Shown: positions 27,901 through 41,600 of the stretch, in pieces
Position numbering within the stretch: position 1 is the stretch's first letter
Layout: the number at the start of each line of letters is the position of its first letter
Source: Anaeramoeba ignava BMAN
Lineage: Eukaryota > Protista > Anaeramoebae
Assembly (NCBI GenBank): GCA_028826165.1
Contig: JAPDFW010000112.1
Span: 120,996-184,995, forward strand
Direction: 5' to 3'
Length of the DNA: 64,000 nucleotides
Notes under the pieces: model-generated
The model's database searches: none
What the model was told of the DNA's origin: nothing
The model's input: the letters and a program-made list of their open reading frames with translations, nothing else
Made by a program: the position numbers and the translations under genes

Positions 27901-28527
27901 TAATAATATTTAATTTAATAATATTTAATTTAATAATATTTAATTCATAAATATTTAATTCAAAAATATTTAATTTAATAAATATTTAATTTAATAATAT
28001 TTAATTTAATAATATTTAATTTAATAAATATTTAATTCAAAAATATTTAATTCAAAATATTTAATTTAATAATATTTAATTCAAAATATTTAATTCAAAA
28101 ATATTTAATTCAAAAATATTTAATTTCAAAATATTTAATTTCAAAAAATAGCAAATAATAAATATTTAAAATATAAATATAATTATAAATATAAATATAA
28201 ATATAAATATAAATATAAATCTGAATTGAAGAATTCGGGATTTGATTTTAGAAATTTTTAATTAGTAAATGTTCGTTTAGTTTAATCAATTATTCTTATT
28301 GTTTTGGGTTGTTTTTTTTTTCTTATTTTATATTGTTTTACTTTCAAATCTTCGTTAAAATTCGAAATTTCTTTTTGATTTTTGTTCTTTAAATGAAAAT
28401 TAACCCATTTTTGTAATGTTTGAATTGGTGTTAAATTAACATCTTCTGGGTTTGTTTTTAGTAATTTTGCCTCTGCATGAAATGCAACTCGATATAACAA
28501 GGCTCGAACATCAAATGGTAATTCCAT
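21995..28527 (-). CDS. Multi-exon protein with N-terminal calponin-homology (CH) domain, coiled coil and C-terminal PH domain
   Basis: Exon 28527-28342 (LQKWVNFHLK..SNFNEDLK), intron 26223..28341, exon NCIALSFLL..TETDIEK, intron 25971..26054, then PNEAELVKLVSNLFLWSP in frame with ORF 24783-25799. Further introns lie at ~24601-24812, ~24151-24258 and ~23329-24013. The PH domain IKQGLLNWK..DLDNWMVLIRKA is at the C-terminus. Confidence 0.7.
23335..24010. repeat. A/T-only low-complexity tandem repeat filling an intron
   Basis: Variants of aaatattttt(atat)attttattat between the splice sites at ~23329 and ~24013. Confidence 0.8.
26245..28150. repeat. 15-bp minisatellite (TATTTAATTTAATAA) filling a 2.1-kb intron
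   Basis: A period-15 repeat is directly visible. Confidence 0.9.
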
Positions 28528-28982
28528 TTCGATAAAATTTTTGTTTTTTTTTTTTTTTTATTTTTTTTTAAAAAATAACAAAAAAAAAAAGAAAAGAAAA
28601 AAAATGGAAATAAGAAAAGAAAAAAAAAAGAAAAAATGATTCTAAAAAAAAATTTTTTGTTCTTATTGTTATTATTTTTTTTATCTTTTTATTATTGTTT
28701 ATTTATTTTTATTTTTATTTATTTTTTTTTTTGCTTTTTTTATTTTTATTTTTATTTTTGTTAATCCAAAATTATTTTAAAAAAATAAAATAAAACAAAC
28801 AAAAATTTAATTTTCTTCTTTCATATTTTTTTATTCCAAATTAATTTTAGAATAAAAAGTAAAAAATTTGGATTTGATTTTGATTGTAAAATTTGTTTTT
28901 TTAATTAGTAAAAATAAAATAACATAAATTAATTATAAAAATTAATTATAAAAATTAATTAATTAATTATATTAATTATAAA

Positions 28983-31900
28983 TTATTTCTCATCATTGCT
29001 TTTTGAATTGAGTAATTCCTTAACAACATTTGATTGAAAACTATAATTTTTAAATATTTTTTGTTCTTCCTGAGTTAAAATTGAAGAAACTTCTAAAGGT
29101 GGAATCCAATTATTCTTTTCAATATTTTGAAAAAGTGGCTAATAAAAATAAATTTAAAAATAAATTTAAAAATAAATTTAAAGTTTAAAATGTTTTTTGA
29201 AAAAGTGGAATAAAAAGTACTTTAGGAATAAGAGGAGGTGTTAAGCTTTTTTTCGCAATTTGTTCCCAATCAATTCCTTTAAAAAATTCATGTTTTTGAA
29301 TTTCTTGAAAACCATTATAACCAATTCTTTCATTTGGATTTTTTTCCAAAAGCTAAAAATAAAAAAAAATTATTTAAGAAATTTTCCCTAAAAAAAAAAT
29401 TTTTTTTTTTGATTAAATTTTAATCTTGTACTTTTGCTATCAAATCTCCACAAGGTTTAGAAATTAATTCATCAATGATTGGTTTATCATTTAATATTTG
29501 ATCAAGCATTTTTGTTTGATCTGGTGAATAAAAAGGAGGCTAAATCAAAATTTTCAAAATTCAAAAAATAAATAAATCGAAATTCGGAATAAAAATGAAA
29601 AAAAACTTACCAAACCATGAAACATTTCATATAAAATAACTCCTACACTATAAAAATCAGAAGCAAAAGTCGGATTTTGAATTTTAAGTAATTCTGGAGC
29701 TAAATTAAATTAATTTAGGTTTTTTTTTTGGGATTTAATTTGAAAATTTTAAAGATATTTTTTATTATAACAAAATATACCCATATAAGCAAAAGTTCCA
29801 CAAACAATTGGTGGATTTATTCTTGTTGATGTTTCTTTGATTATATCAGTTGCAGAATCAAAATCTATGATTCGAATATGACCGTCTTGAGCTGAAATTA
29901 AAATATTTTCAGGTTTTATATCACTATTCAAAGAAAACATTTCAATTTAATTTATAATTTAATTTATAATTTTATTTATAATTTAATTTATAATTTAATT
30001 TATAATTTAATTTATAATTTAATTTATAATTTGTTTATAATTTTATTTATAATTTAATTTATAATTTAATTTATAATTTTATTTATAATTTTATTTATAA
30101 TTTAATTTATAATTTTATTTATAATTTTATTTATAATTTAATTTATAATTTTATTTATAATTTAATTTATAATTTAATTTATAATTTAATTTATAATTTA
30201 ATTTATAATTTTTATTTATAATTTTATTTATAATTTAATTTATAATTTTTATATTTTATTTTATATTTTATTTATATTTTAATTTTAATTTTAATTTATA
30301 ATTTTATTTATAATTTTATTTATAATTTTATTTATAATTTTATTTATATTTTTATTTATTATTTTAATTTATAATTTTATTTATAATTTTATTTATAATT
30401 TTATTTATAATTTTAATTTATAATTTTTATTTATAATTTAATTTATAATTTAATTTATAATTTTATTTATAATTTTATTTATAATTTAATTTAATTTTAA
30501 TTTATAATTTTATTTATAATTTTATTTATAATTTAATTTATAATTTAATTTATAATTTAATTTATAATTTAATTTATAATTTTATTTATAATTTTATTTA
30601 TAATTTAATTTATAATTTAATTTATAATTTAATTTATAATTTTTAATTTATAATTTTATTTATTTATTTATATTTTTATTTATAATTTTATTTATAATTT
30701 AATTTATAATTTAATTTATAATTTTATTTATAATTTTATTTATAATTTTATTTATAATTTTTATTTATAATTTTATTTATATTTTTATTTATATTTTAAT
30801 TTATAATTTTAATTTATAATTTTAATTTATAATTTAATTTTATAATTTAATTTATTATTTTATTTATAATTTTATTTATAATTTAATTTATAATTTTTAT
30901 TTATAATTTAATTTATAATTTTATTTATAATTTTATTTATAATTTTATTTATAATTTTATTTATAATTTTAATTTATAATTTAATTTATAATTTTATTTA
31001 TAATTTAATTTTATAATTTAATTTATAATTTAATTTATAATTTTATTTATAATTTAATTTATAATTTTATTTATAATTTTATTTATATTTTTATTTTTTT
31101 TTTTATTTTATATTTTAATTTATAATTTAATTTATAATTTAATTTATAATTTAATTTATAATTTAATTTATAATTTTATTTATAATTTTATTTATTATTT
31201 AATTTATAATTTTATTTATTATTTTAATTTATTATTTTATTTATATTTTAATTTATAATTTTATTTATATTTTTATTTATAATTTTATTTATAATTTTAT
31301 TTATAATTTTATTTATATTTTTATTTATAATTTTATTTATAATTTTATTTATAATTTTATTTATAATTTTATTTATAATTTTATTTATAATTTTAATTTA
31401 TAATTTAATTTATAATTTTATTTATAATTTTATTTATAATTTTAATTTATAATTTTATTTATAATTTAATTTATAATTTAATTTATAATTTTATTTATAA
31501 TTTTAATTTATAATTTTATTTATAATTTTATTTATAATTTTATTTAATTTTTTTTATTTATAATTTAATTTATAATTTTTATTTATAATTTTATTTATTA
31601 TTTTTATTTATAATTTTATTTATTATTTTATTTATAATTTTAATTACAATTTTATTTATAATTTAATTTATAATTTTTATTTATAATTTAATTTATAATT
31701 TTATTTATAATTTTATTTATAATTTTATTTATAATTTTATTTATAATTTAATTTATAATTTTATTTATAATTTTATTTATAATTTAATTTATAATTTTAT
31801 TTATAATTTTATTTATAATTTTATTTATAATTTTATTTATAATTTTATTTATAATTTAATTTATAATTTAATTTATAATTTTATTTTATAATTTTTATTT

Positions 31901-32664
31901 ATAATTTATTTTTTTATTTATAAATTTTATTTATAATTTTATTTATAATTTTATATAATTTTATTTATAATTTAATTTATAATTTTAATTTATTATTTTA
32001 ATTTATTATTTTATTTATATTTTAATTTATAATTTTATTTATATTTTTATTTATAATTTTATTTATAATTTTATTTATAATTTTATTTATAATTTAATTT
32101 ATAATTTTATTTATAATTTTATTTATAATTTTATTTATAATTTTATTTATAATTTTAATTTATAATTTTATTTATAATTTAATTTATAATTTAATTTATA
32201 ATTTTATTTATAATTTTATTTATAATTTTATTTATAATTTAAAGTTACCCATGAATGATTCCAAAAGTATGGATCCAATCTAAAGCAACTAAAATCTCTG
32301 CGATATAAAATCTCCAAAAATCCTCACCAAAATTATCAGTTTGATGCATAATATGAGTCAACTCCGGACCATGAATGAATTCAAAAACCAAATACAAATT
32401 ATCTTCATCTTGAAAAGAACCAAAAGCATTAGAAACAAAAGGACCTGAAAGTTGAATTGCAAGATTTCTTTCTTTGAAAACATTTTGAACCAGATCTTTT
32501 GTTATGATCTCTTTTTTATTATATTGTTTAATCGCAACTTGTTGTTTTGTTAGTTTCTCTATTGCTAAAAATAATTTAGAACTGTGTCCTCTTGCAATTT
32601 CCGTTATTAACTGAAAATTTTTTGCATCAATTCTTTTATTAAAATCACAACAAATATTTCCCAT
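28983..32664 (-). CDS. AGC-family Ser/Thr protein kinase, N-terminally lipid-anchored, with atypical HGD/DFD motifs
   Basis: MGNICC N-terminus; VAIK; HG|DIKPEN across intron 29924..32248; IIDFDSAT; CGTFAYM-APE; downstream exons SDFYSVGV, KNPNERIGYNG..KHEFFKGIDW..PPLIP; hydrophobic motif IFKNYSF; stop at 28983-28985. Confidence 0.85.
29945..32240. repeat. 12-bp minisatellite (TTATAATTT[A/T]AT) filling the 2.3-kb kinase intron
   Basis: A period-12 repeat is directly visible. Confidence 0.9.
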
Positions 32665-33097
32665 TTGTTTTATTTTTAATAAGAAAAAAAATTATAAAAA
32701 AAAAAAAAAGAAAATTGTTTGTTGATAATTTTTTTTTTTGGATTAAAAAAAAAATGATAAAAAATTTTTTAATTAAATTTTTTTTTATTAATTAATTATT
32801 TAAAAAGATCAAAATAAATAATAAAATTAAAAATAAAATAAAAAATAATTTATAATTAAATTGTTAATTTTAATTTGATCTGTTAAAGAAATAAAAGAAG
32901 AATTAAAATTAACAAAATAAAATTAAAAATAAAAATTTATTTTTTTTAGGGGATCCTTTTAAAATTTAAAGAATTACAATTATAATCAATAAATAATTAA
33001 TTAAAAATATCTTAAATTCTTGTAATCAAAGTCAAATCTTTTATTTTATTTTTATTTTTTTTTTTATTTTTTTATTTTTTTTTTTTTTGGAAGGAAA

Positions 33098-33643
33098 ATG
33101 GACAAAAAAATTCAATTAAAAAATATCAAAAATAAAAAAAGAAAATCAATAGAAGAAACAAAAGAAAATCTTCCAATTCAATCAATATTAAAAAACCCAG
33201 TAAAATAACAAAATAAAAAAAAATCAAAAAAAAAAATAACCAAAAAATAAATTTTTTTTTATTGATTATTTTGATCAAAAAAGAAAAAAGGAAAAAAAAA
33301 AGAAGAAAAACAAAAAGAAGAAGAATTAGAATTAGAATTAAATTTTGAGAAAGAAGAAGATTATTATTTATGGGCAAATCAATTATTTGAAGAATTAATT
33401 TCCCAAAATGAAGAATTTGAAAAAAAAATTGAAGAATTTATTCATTTATTTTCTTCTCAAATGGAAACTTTTTGGAAATTATTCATTCAAAAAATGAAAA
33501 ATATTAAAAATAATATTAAAAATAATTCCAAATTGTTTTCAAAAGAAATTAAACAAATTCATCAAGAAAATCAACAATTATTTGTTGAAATTTCTTCAAT
33601 TAAACATCATTCAAAACAATTAGATAAATCTTTATCAAATTGA
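33098..33643 (+). CDS. Possible small coiled-coil hypothetical protein (frameshifted or fragmentary)
   Basis: Coding-like composition from an ATG at 33098 to a stop at 33643; only a 60-aa ORF is intact. Confidence 0.25.
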
Positions 33644-33674
33644 TCTTTTTTCTTGATTAAAACAACAATTAAAT

Positions 33675-35675
33675 AAAGATTTGATCAAATTTATTTCAAA
33701 ATTTAGAATATAAATTAAAAATGATTTATTTATAAATTATTAATAAATTATTTGAAAATAAGAAATATTTGATTAAAATTAATAATTTATTATTTAAAAA
33801 TGTTTATTTTAAATAATAAAATATTTAATTAAATTTATTTCAAAATTTAAGATTTAAATTAAAAATGATTTATTTATAAATTATTAATAAATTATTTGAA
33901 AATAAGAAATATTTAATTAAAATAAATAATTTATTAATTAAAAATGTTTATTTTAAATAATAAAATATTTAATTAAATTTATTTCAAAAAATTTAGAATA
34001 TAAATTAAAAATGATTTATTTATAAATTATTTATAAATTATTTGAAAATAAGAAATATTGAATTAAAATAAATAATTTATTAATTAAAAATGTTTATTTT
34101 GAATAATAAAATATTTAATCAAATTTATTTCAAAATTTAAAATATAAATTAAAAATTATTTATTTATAAATTATTAATAAATTATTTGAAAATAAAGAAA
34201 TATTTGATTAAAATTAATAATTTATTATTTAAAAATGTTTATTTTAAATAATAAAATATTTAATCAAATTTATTTCAAAATTTAGAATATAAATTAAAAA
34301 TGATTTATTTTATAAATTATTAATAAATTATTTGAAAAATAAGAAATATTTGATTAAAATTAATAATTTATTAATTAAAAATGTTTATTTTAAATAATAG
34401 AAGATTTAATCAAATTTATTTCAAAATTTAGAATATAAATTAAAAAGGATTTATTTATAAATTATTGATAAATTATTTGAAAATAAGAAATATTTGATTA
34501 AAATTAATAATTTATTATTTAAAAATGTTTATTTTAAATAATAAAAAGATTTGATCAAATTTATTTCAAAATTTCAGAATATAAATTAAAAAGGATTTAT
34601 TTATAAATTATTAATAAATTATTTGAAAATAAGAAATATTTGATTAAAATTAATAATTTATTAATTAAAAATGTTTATTTTAAATAATAAAATATTTAAT
34701 TAAAATTATTTCAAAATTTAAAATATAAATTAAAAATGATTTATTTATAAATTATTTATAAATTATTTGGAAATAAGAAATATTGAATTAAAATTAATAA
34801 TTTATTAATTAAAAATGTTTATTTTGAATAACAAAATATTTAATTAAATTTATTTCAAAATTTAGAATATAAATTAAAAATGATTTATTTATAAATTATT
34901 TATAAATTATTTGAAAATAAGAAATATTTGATTAAAATTAGTAATTTATTAATTAAAAATGTTTATTTTGAATAACAAAATATTTAATCAAAATTATTTC
35001 AAAATTTAGAATATAAATTAAAAAGGATTTATTTATAAATTATTAATAAATTATTTGAAAATAAGAAATATTTGATTAAAATTAATAGTTTATTAATTAG
35101 AAATGTTTATTTTGAATAATAAAATATTTAATTAAATTTATTTCAAAATTTAGAATATAAATTAAAAATGATTTATTTATAAATTATTTATAAATTATTT
35201 GGAAATTAAAAATATTTGATTAAAATTAATAATTTATTAATTAAAAATGTTTATTTTAAATAATAAAATATTTGATTAAAATTATTTCAAAATTTAGAAT
35301 ATAAATTAAAAAGGATTTATTTATAAATTATTAATAAATTATTTGAAAATAAGAAATATTTAATTAAAATAAATAATTTATTAATTAAAAATGTTTATTT
35401 TGAATAATAAAATATTTAATTAAATTTATTTCAAAATTTAGAATATAAATTAAAAATGATTTATTTATAAATTATTAATAAATTATTTGAAAATAAGAAA
35501 TATTTGATTAAAATTAATAATTTATTAATTAAAAATGTTTATTTTAAATAATAAAATATTTAATCAAATTTATTTCAAAATTTAAAATATAAATTAAAAA
35601 TGATTTATTTATAAATTATTAATAAATTATTTGAAAATAAGAAATATTTGATTAAAATTAATAATTTATTAATTA
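33675..35675. repeat. Intergenic tandem array of ~14 units of ~145 bp
   Basis: AATGTTTATTT recurs at ~33800, 33945, 34090, 34235, 34381, 34525, 34671, 34815, 34959, 35102, 35247, 35391 and 35534. Confidence 0.9.
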
Positions 35676-35843
35676 GAAACTAATATTTATTTATTAAGAA
35701 TATAAATGAAAAAAAAATAATTTATTTATAAGTTAATTTTTGACATATTCAGTTTAAAAAAAAAGCAAAAAAAAAATGTCTATTTTTTAAATTCATTTTT
35801 CTTTTTCGAATTTTTAATTGAAAGATTTTTCTTTTTTTTTAAA

Positions 35844-36215
35844 ATGAATCCAATATTTTTCTTTTTGTTTTTGTTTTTCTTTCTTATTTTAGGATCATTA
35901 TCTTTTCCATCTATGAAAACAACAGATAACACAATTATAAGTTACTATAGTGATAAAGATTGTTCACAATTAGTAAATTCAATTAATATGACTGCTAATG
36001 TTTGCAAAGATCTATCTGGAGAAACTTTTGGTCAATCAGCTACAACTTCAGTTACAACAACTATTTACTTTTATGAATCTACTGATGATTGTTCTGGTAA
36101 TGGTGATGCAGACTATGCTCAAGCAGGTTTTTGTCATAATGATAATGGTTCTGGTTTAGTTTCATTTCAATTTTTTGTTATTGCTCTTTTTCTTTCTCTT
36201 TTCTTTCTCTTTTAA
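35844..36215 (+). CDS. Small secreted Cys-containing surface protein, probably GPI- or TM-anchored
   Basis: Hydrophobic N-terminal signal, four Cys (YYSDKDCS, NVCKD, FYESTDDCSG, GFCHN), small-residue GSG linker, then a hydrophobic C-terminal tail. Confidence 0.7.
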   Translation: MNPIFFFLFLFFFLILGSLSFPSMKTTDNTIISYYSDKDCSQLVNSINMTANVCKDLSGETFGQSATTSVTTTIYFYESTDDCSGNGDADYAQAGFCHNDNGSGLVSFQFFVIALFLSLFFLF

Positions 36216-36322
36216 TTAAGCAAAACAACCACCTTTTTTTTTCTCTTTCATTTTTATTTTCAATTCATTTTCTTTTCATTTTCAATCCATTTTCAATCCA
36301 TTTTCAATTAAAAAACAAAACA

Positions 36323-36353
<31 letters not shown>

Positions 36354-36362
36354 TATTTAAAA

Positions 36363-36667
36363 AAAGAAAAGAAAAACAATATAAATTTCCTAAATTAATA
36401 TTAATAATGAGAAGTGAATTATATCGAGGAATGTTTTTATCTGTAACAGAAGATACTTCTAATAAAGTTACAGATTATAGTGAATTAAGTAATAAATCAT
36501 TTCAAATATTTGAATATTGGATTTATTCAAATCAAATTAAAGATGAAATTCAAATTACACAAGAAATAATTAATGAAATTCAAATAGGAATTGATTATTT
36601 TCAATTAAATCAAACAAATCCAAATTTATTTGATTTATTAATTAAAAAATTTAATAATCAAAATTAA
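36363..36667 (+). pseudogene. Orphan 3' fragment duplicating the C-terminal BTB region of the downstream RCC1-BTB gene
   Basis: Near-identical to ~38207-38511 (KQYKFPKLILIMRSELYRGMFLSVTED...FNNQN*), with no upstream coding part. Confidence 0.75.
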
Positions 36668-36700
36668 AAATCATTTTTTTTCATTTTTTTCTTTTCTAAA

Positions 36701-38511
36701 ATGAATGATTGTTTATTTTTTGGTTATAATCAATCACCAAAACTTATCGAAAATGAACCAGAAAAAATAACAAAACCAATTCCATTTAAATTTGAAAATG
36801 AAAATGAAAATGAAAATGAAAATGAAAATGAAAAACAAATTAAACAAATTTCATCAGGTTTTTTTGCAACAATTTTCCTTTTTAAAAATGGAAAAGCAAT
36901 AGAATATTTAAATAAAAATGATTTAAAACAAAATCCTTCAAAAATCCAAATTGAAGAAAATATTCAAAAAGTAACTGTTGGCTCTCGAAATGAAGCTATT
37001 TTAACAAAAGAAGGAAATGTATTTGCCAAAGGAGAAGATATTAATCCAAAAAATCTAAAAGAATTTATCAATATTTCATCATTAATTGAAGATAAAAATG
37101 ATAGAATAATTCAAGATATTGTTTCTGGAGAAAATTCAATTTACTTATTAACTTCAAATCAAAATGCTTATGGATTTGGCTCAAATGAATATGTTCAACT
37201 TGGTTTTGATTCCGAAACACTTAAAAAAACAGAAAAACCAATTTTAATGATGAAAAGTGTTTCTAAAATGTTTTCAGGAATTGCTTCACATCATGTTTTT
37301 CTTTTAAATTCAAACCAAGAATTATTTGGATGCGGATATAATCAATATTCTCAACTTGGATTAGGAAAATCAAAAAAGAAGAAAGAATCGATAAATTAAC
37401 CAAAATCCAAAATATTCCAAAAGGCAAAATAATTGATATTCAATGCGGAATTGTTCATTCAATAATGTTGATTGAAGATGAAAATGAAAATGAAAATCCA
37501 AAAAGAAAACTTTATTCATGTGGATTTTTTTTGTTTAATGGGCTCTATCAAGAAAAATATTCAAAAGAAGATACTTATGAATTTACTGAAATCAAATCAT
37601 CTTTATTTGAAAATGATGATAATATTCTTGATTTTTCTGTTGGAAACGCTCATACTTTGATTTTAACTTCCAAAGGGAAATTGATTACATTTGGGAATAA
37701 TTTCTATGGTCAATTAGGAACTGGAGATACAAAAGAACAGTTAATTCCGATTCAAATTGAACTTCCTAAATTAAGATTTAATGAAGATATTTCCAATTAT
37801 CATATTTATTGTGGATTTTGGAAATCATTTCTTTATTATTCTCCTTCTCCTCCTTCTTTTTCTAATCTTGAAGAAGATTTGATAAAATTATTTGAAAGAA
37901 AAGAATTTTGTGATATTTCATTTAAAACCAAAAATGGAGAAATAATCTCAGCTCATAAATTAATATTGAAATATAGATTAAATCAAAATCAAAATCAAAT
38001 TGAAAAACTTAAAGAAATTATTTCAAAAAAATCAATTAAAGAATCAAATCAAATATTTGAAATGATTTATTCAAACAGAATAATAAATTCAAAATTATAT
38101 TATGAAATTAAAGAAATTATAAATTCCAATGAAAAAATTGAAGAAACAATGAAAAGAATTTATTTAAATGAAAATGAAAATGAAAATGAAAAAGATTTTA
38201 TAATTGAAAGAAAAGAAAAACAATATAAATTTCCTAAATTAATATTAATAATGAGAAGTGAATTATATCGAGGAATGTTTTTATCTGTAACAGAAGATAA
38301 ATCTAATAAAGTTAAAGATTATAGTGAATTAAGTAATAAATCATTTCAAATATTTGAATATTGGATTTATTCAAATCAAATCAAAGATGAAATTGAAATT
38401 ACACAAGAAATCATTGATGAAATTCAAATTGGAATTGATTATTTTCAATTAAATCAAACAAATCCAAATTTATTTGATTTATTAATTAACAAATTTAATA
38501 ATCAAAATTAA
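36701..38511 (+). CDS. RCC1-repeat and BTB/POZ domain protein
   Basis: RCC1 motifs (GFGSNEYVQLG, FGCGYNQYSQLGLG, VGNAHTLILT..FGNNFYGQLGTGD) and BTB motifs (FCDISFKT..ISAHKLILKYR; MRSELYRGMF). One apparent frameshift near 37390. Confidence 0.85.
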
Positions 38512-38699
38512 AATTAGAATTAGAATTAGAATTGTTTTTTTTATTTTTTATTGTAATAATTTCTAAATTTGATTTTGATTTTCAATTTCAATTTAATTTT
38601 GAATTTCAATTTAATTTTGAATTTGATTTTAAATTTGATTTTGATTTTCAATTTGATTTTAAATTTGATTTTGATTTTCAATTTAATTTGAATTTGATT

Positions 38700-41600
38700 T
38701 TAATTTTGATTATCATTATCATTATCATTATCATTATCATTTTCATTTTCATTTTCATTATCATTTTCATTATCATTTTCATTTTCATTATCATTTTCAT
38801 TATCATTATCATTTTCATTTTGATTATCATTTAAATTTTCATTTAAATTTTCATTGTTATTATCATTATCATTTTCATTATCATTTTCATTTTCATTATC
38901 ATTTTCATTATCATTTTCATTTTCATTTTCATTTTCATTTAAATTTTCATTTTCATTATCATTTTCATTTTCATTTTCATTATCATTTAAATTTTCATTT
39001 TCATTTTCATTTTCATTTAAATCCTCTTTCAATTCAAAACAAGGAGGAATAGGAACTCCATTCAATATCATATCTTGCTCAAGATCATCATTTCTTAAAA
39101 ATTCAGAAGGATCATAAACAGAAAATTGTTTAATTTTTTGAGATAAAATCCTTTGGAAGCAATGATGAGAGGTTTTAGTAAGAGAATCATTCAATTCAAA
39201 ATTATCGATTGTGAAAGTGTTTTCAAGATCAAAATAAACTTGCAAATTTCTTAATTTTCGGAATTGTTTTTTACTTTGGATAATATCTTTATTCATTTGC
39301 TCAGTTTCTCTTGATTTGTTTTCAAGAAGTAACTCTATATCTTTTTCGGGCCAACTAACAAACTGAATATTTGATTGTTTTATCATTTGAGGAAGATCTT
39401 TAATAAATTGCAAATCAAGCTCCATTTTGATCGATAAAAATTGACTGAATTTTTGAATTTGAAGAGAAAATTGATTCCTTCAATTTCTTGAGAGATTCGG
39501 AACCAATTCGGTTACCAGTGATATCGATGTGGATCAATGAATCCAACTTTGGAATACGTGTGAAAAGCTCAGTCATAATATCTCCGAAATGGAATTTTTT
39601 ATCACCACAAATTCTGAGATGATCAATATGTGATTTTGATTCGAAAATGCCTTTCAAAATGGAAACTGAAAGTTTGGAATCTTTGCCTGGTTTTGTGTTT
39701 CTTGAAATGGAAAGACGAGAGATCGAGGTGTTTCCACAAAGAACACCGTTTTCGGAGAAAAGAGTCGAAAAACCTCGCCAACCAAATTGGTTTCCATCAA
39801 GATGCAATTCCTTGAGAATTGTTGATTTTTTATTTCGCAGAAAACTCTCTGCAATAAACTTTGCTCCTTGATTACCAAATTTATTATCATTTGCAATTAA
39901 AGTGAAATTTTGAATGTGTTTTTGAGTGAAAATTTCATCAAGTAGTTTCCCCATAAAATTGGGGTTCATATAAGTTGAGCTGATATCCAAATCTTGGAGG
40001 GTTTTTGTGTTTTTGATCATTTGCAAACAACTTTCATGGGAAGAATTCTCGAATTTATTTCCCGAAATATTCAAATAGCAAAGTTTGGAATCCGAACAGT
40101 TTTTTGTAATTGATTTAAAAATAACATCCAAATTCAAAGAACAAAAAGCAAGTGCGATAATTCGCAAATTTTGGGCTTTTGATTTTTCCAAGAAATTTGC
40201 AAATGCTAATGAACCTTCATTTCCGAAATTTTTATTGAATGATAAATTCAGAAACTTAAGTGAATGATGCTTTTCATTTTCACAAAGAGAGTTGAATAAG
40301 TCTTCAACACTTTTCTTTTTCATTTGGCAATAAGAAAGATCCAAATGAACCAGACCGTTTGTCATTAAAGATAATCCTTTACAAAATCCACTTGCAAAAT
40401 TCTTGACCTTGATTTGGTTGAGCGATAAATCAAGATATGCGATTCTAGTTTTATTGTTTTCGATCAGAGCATTTCCAAGTTCATCAAATCCAACTGAAGT
40501 ATTCATTCCAGAAATTGTGATTTTAGACAAAGTGTCATTGTGTTTGATGCATTTGCTGAATAGTGAAATTGGATCCTTTCGGAAAATATCTACAATGTAT
40601 AATTCTGTGAAATGTTTGTTGTATTTAAGTGCTTTTATTACTGGAAATATGTCAATTGCTTTTTCTGAATATAAATCGATGTGTGGAAATTTCTTGAAAT
40701 CTAATCGGTGACTGATTTCCTTGTCTTTATTTCCTACTGTTTCTTTGATAAATTTTGTAAATGGTTTACTTCCAGCTGTGCTAAAAAGTTGAGCCATAGC
40801 TTTATATGTTTGAGAGAAGCCACAATCAGGTGAGTAATCTTTATTAAGATATATTTCAAATTTTACAAATTTTATAAATTTTAATTTTACAAATTTTATA
40901 AATTTTGATTTTATAAATAATTTTATAAATAATTTTATAATTAATTTTATAAATAATTTTATAAATAATTTTATAAATAATTTTATAAATAATTTTATAA
41001 ATAATTTTATAAATAATTTTATAAATAATTTTATATTTAATTTTATATTTAATTTTATAATTAATTTTATATAAATTTTAATTTTATAAATTTTTTATAA
41101 ATAATTTTATAAATAATTTTATAAATAATTTTATAAATAATTTTATAAATAATTTTATAAATAATTTTATAAATAATTTAATAAATAATTTAATAAATAA
41201 TTTTATAAATAATTTTTATATTTAATTTTATAAATAATTTTATAAATAATTTTATTAATAATTTTATAAATAATTTTATAAATAATTTAATAAATAATTT
41301 AATAAATAATTTTATAAATAATTTTATAAATAATTTAATAAATAATTTAATAAATAATTTTATAAATAATTTTATAAATAATTTTATAAATAATTTTATA
41401 AATAATTTTATAAATAATTTTATAAATAATTTTATAAATAATTTTATATTTAATTTTATATTTAATTTTATAAATAATTTTATAATTAATTTTATTAATA
41501 ATTTTATAAATAATTTTATAATTAATTTTATTAATAATTTTATAAATAATTTTATAAATAATTTTATAAATAATTTTATATTTAATTTTATAAATAATTT

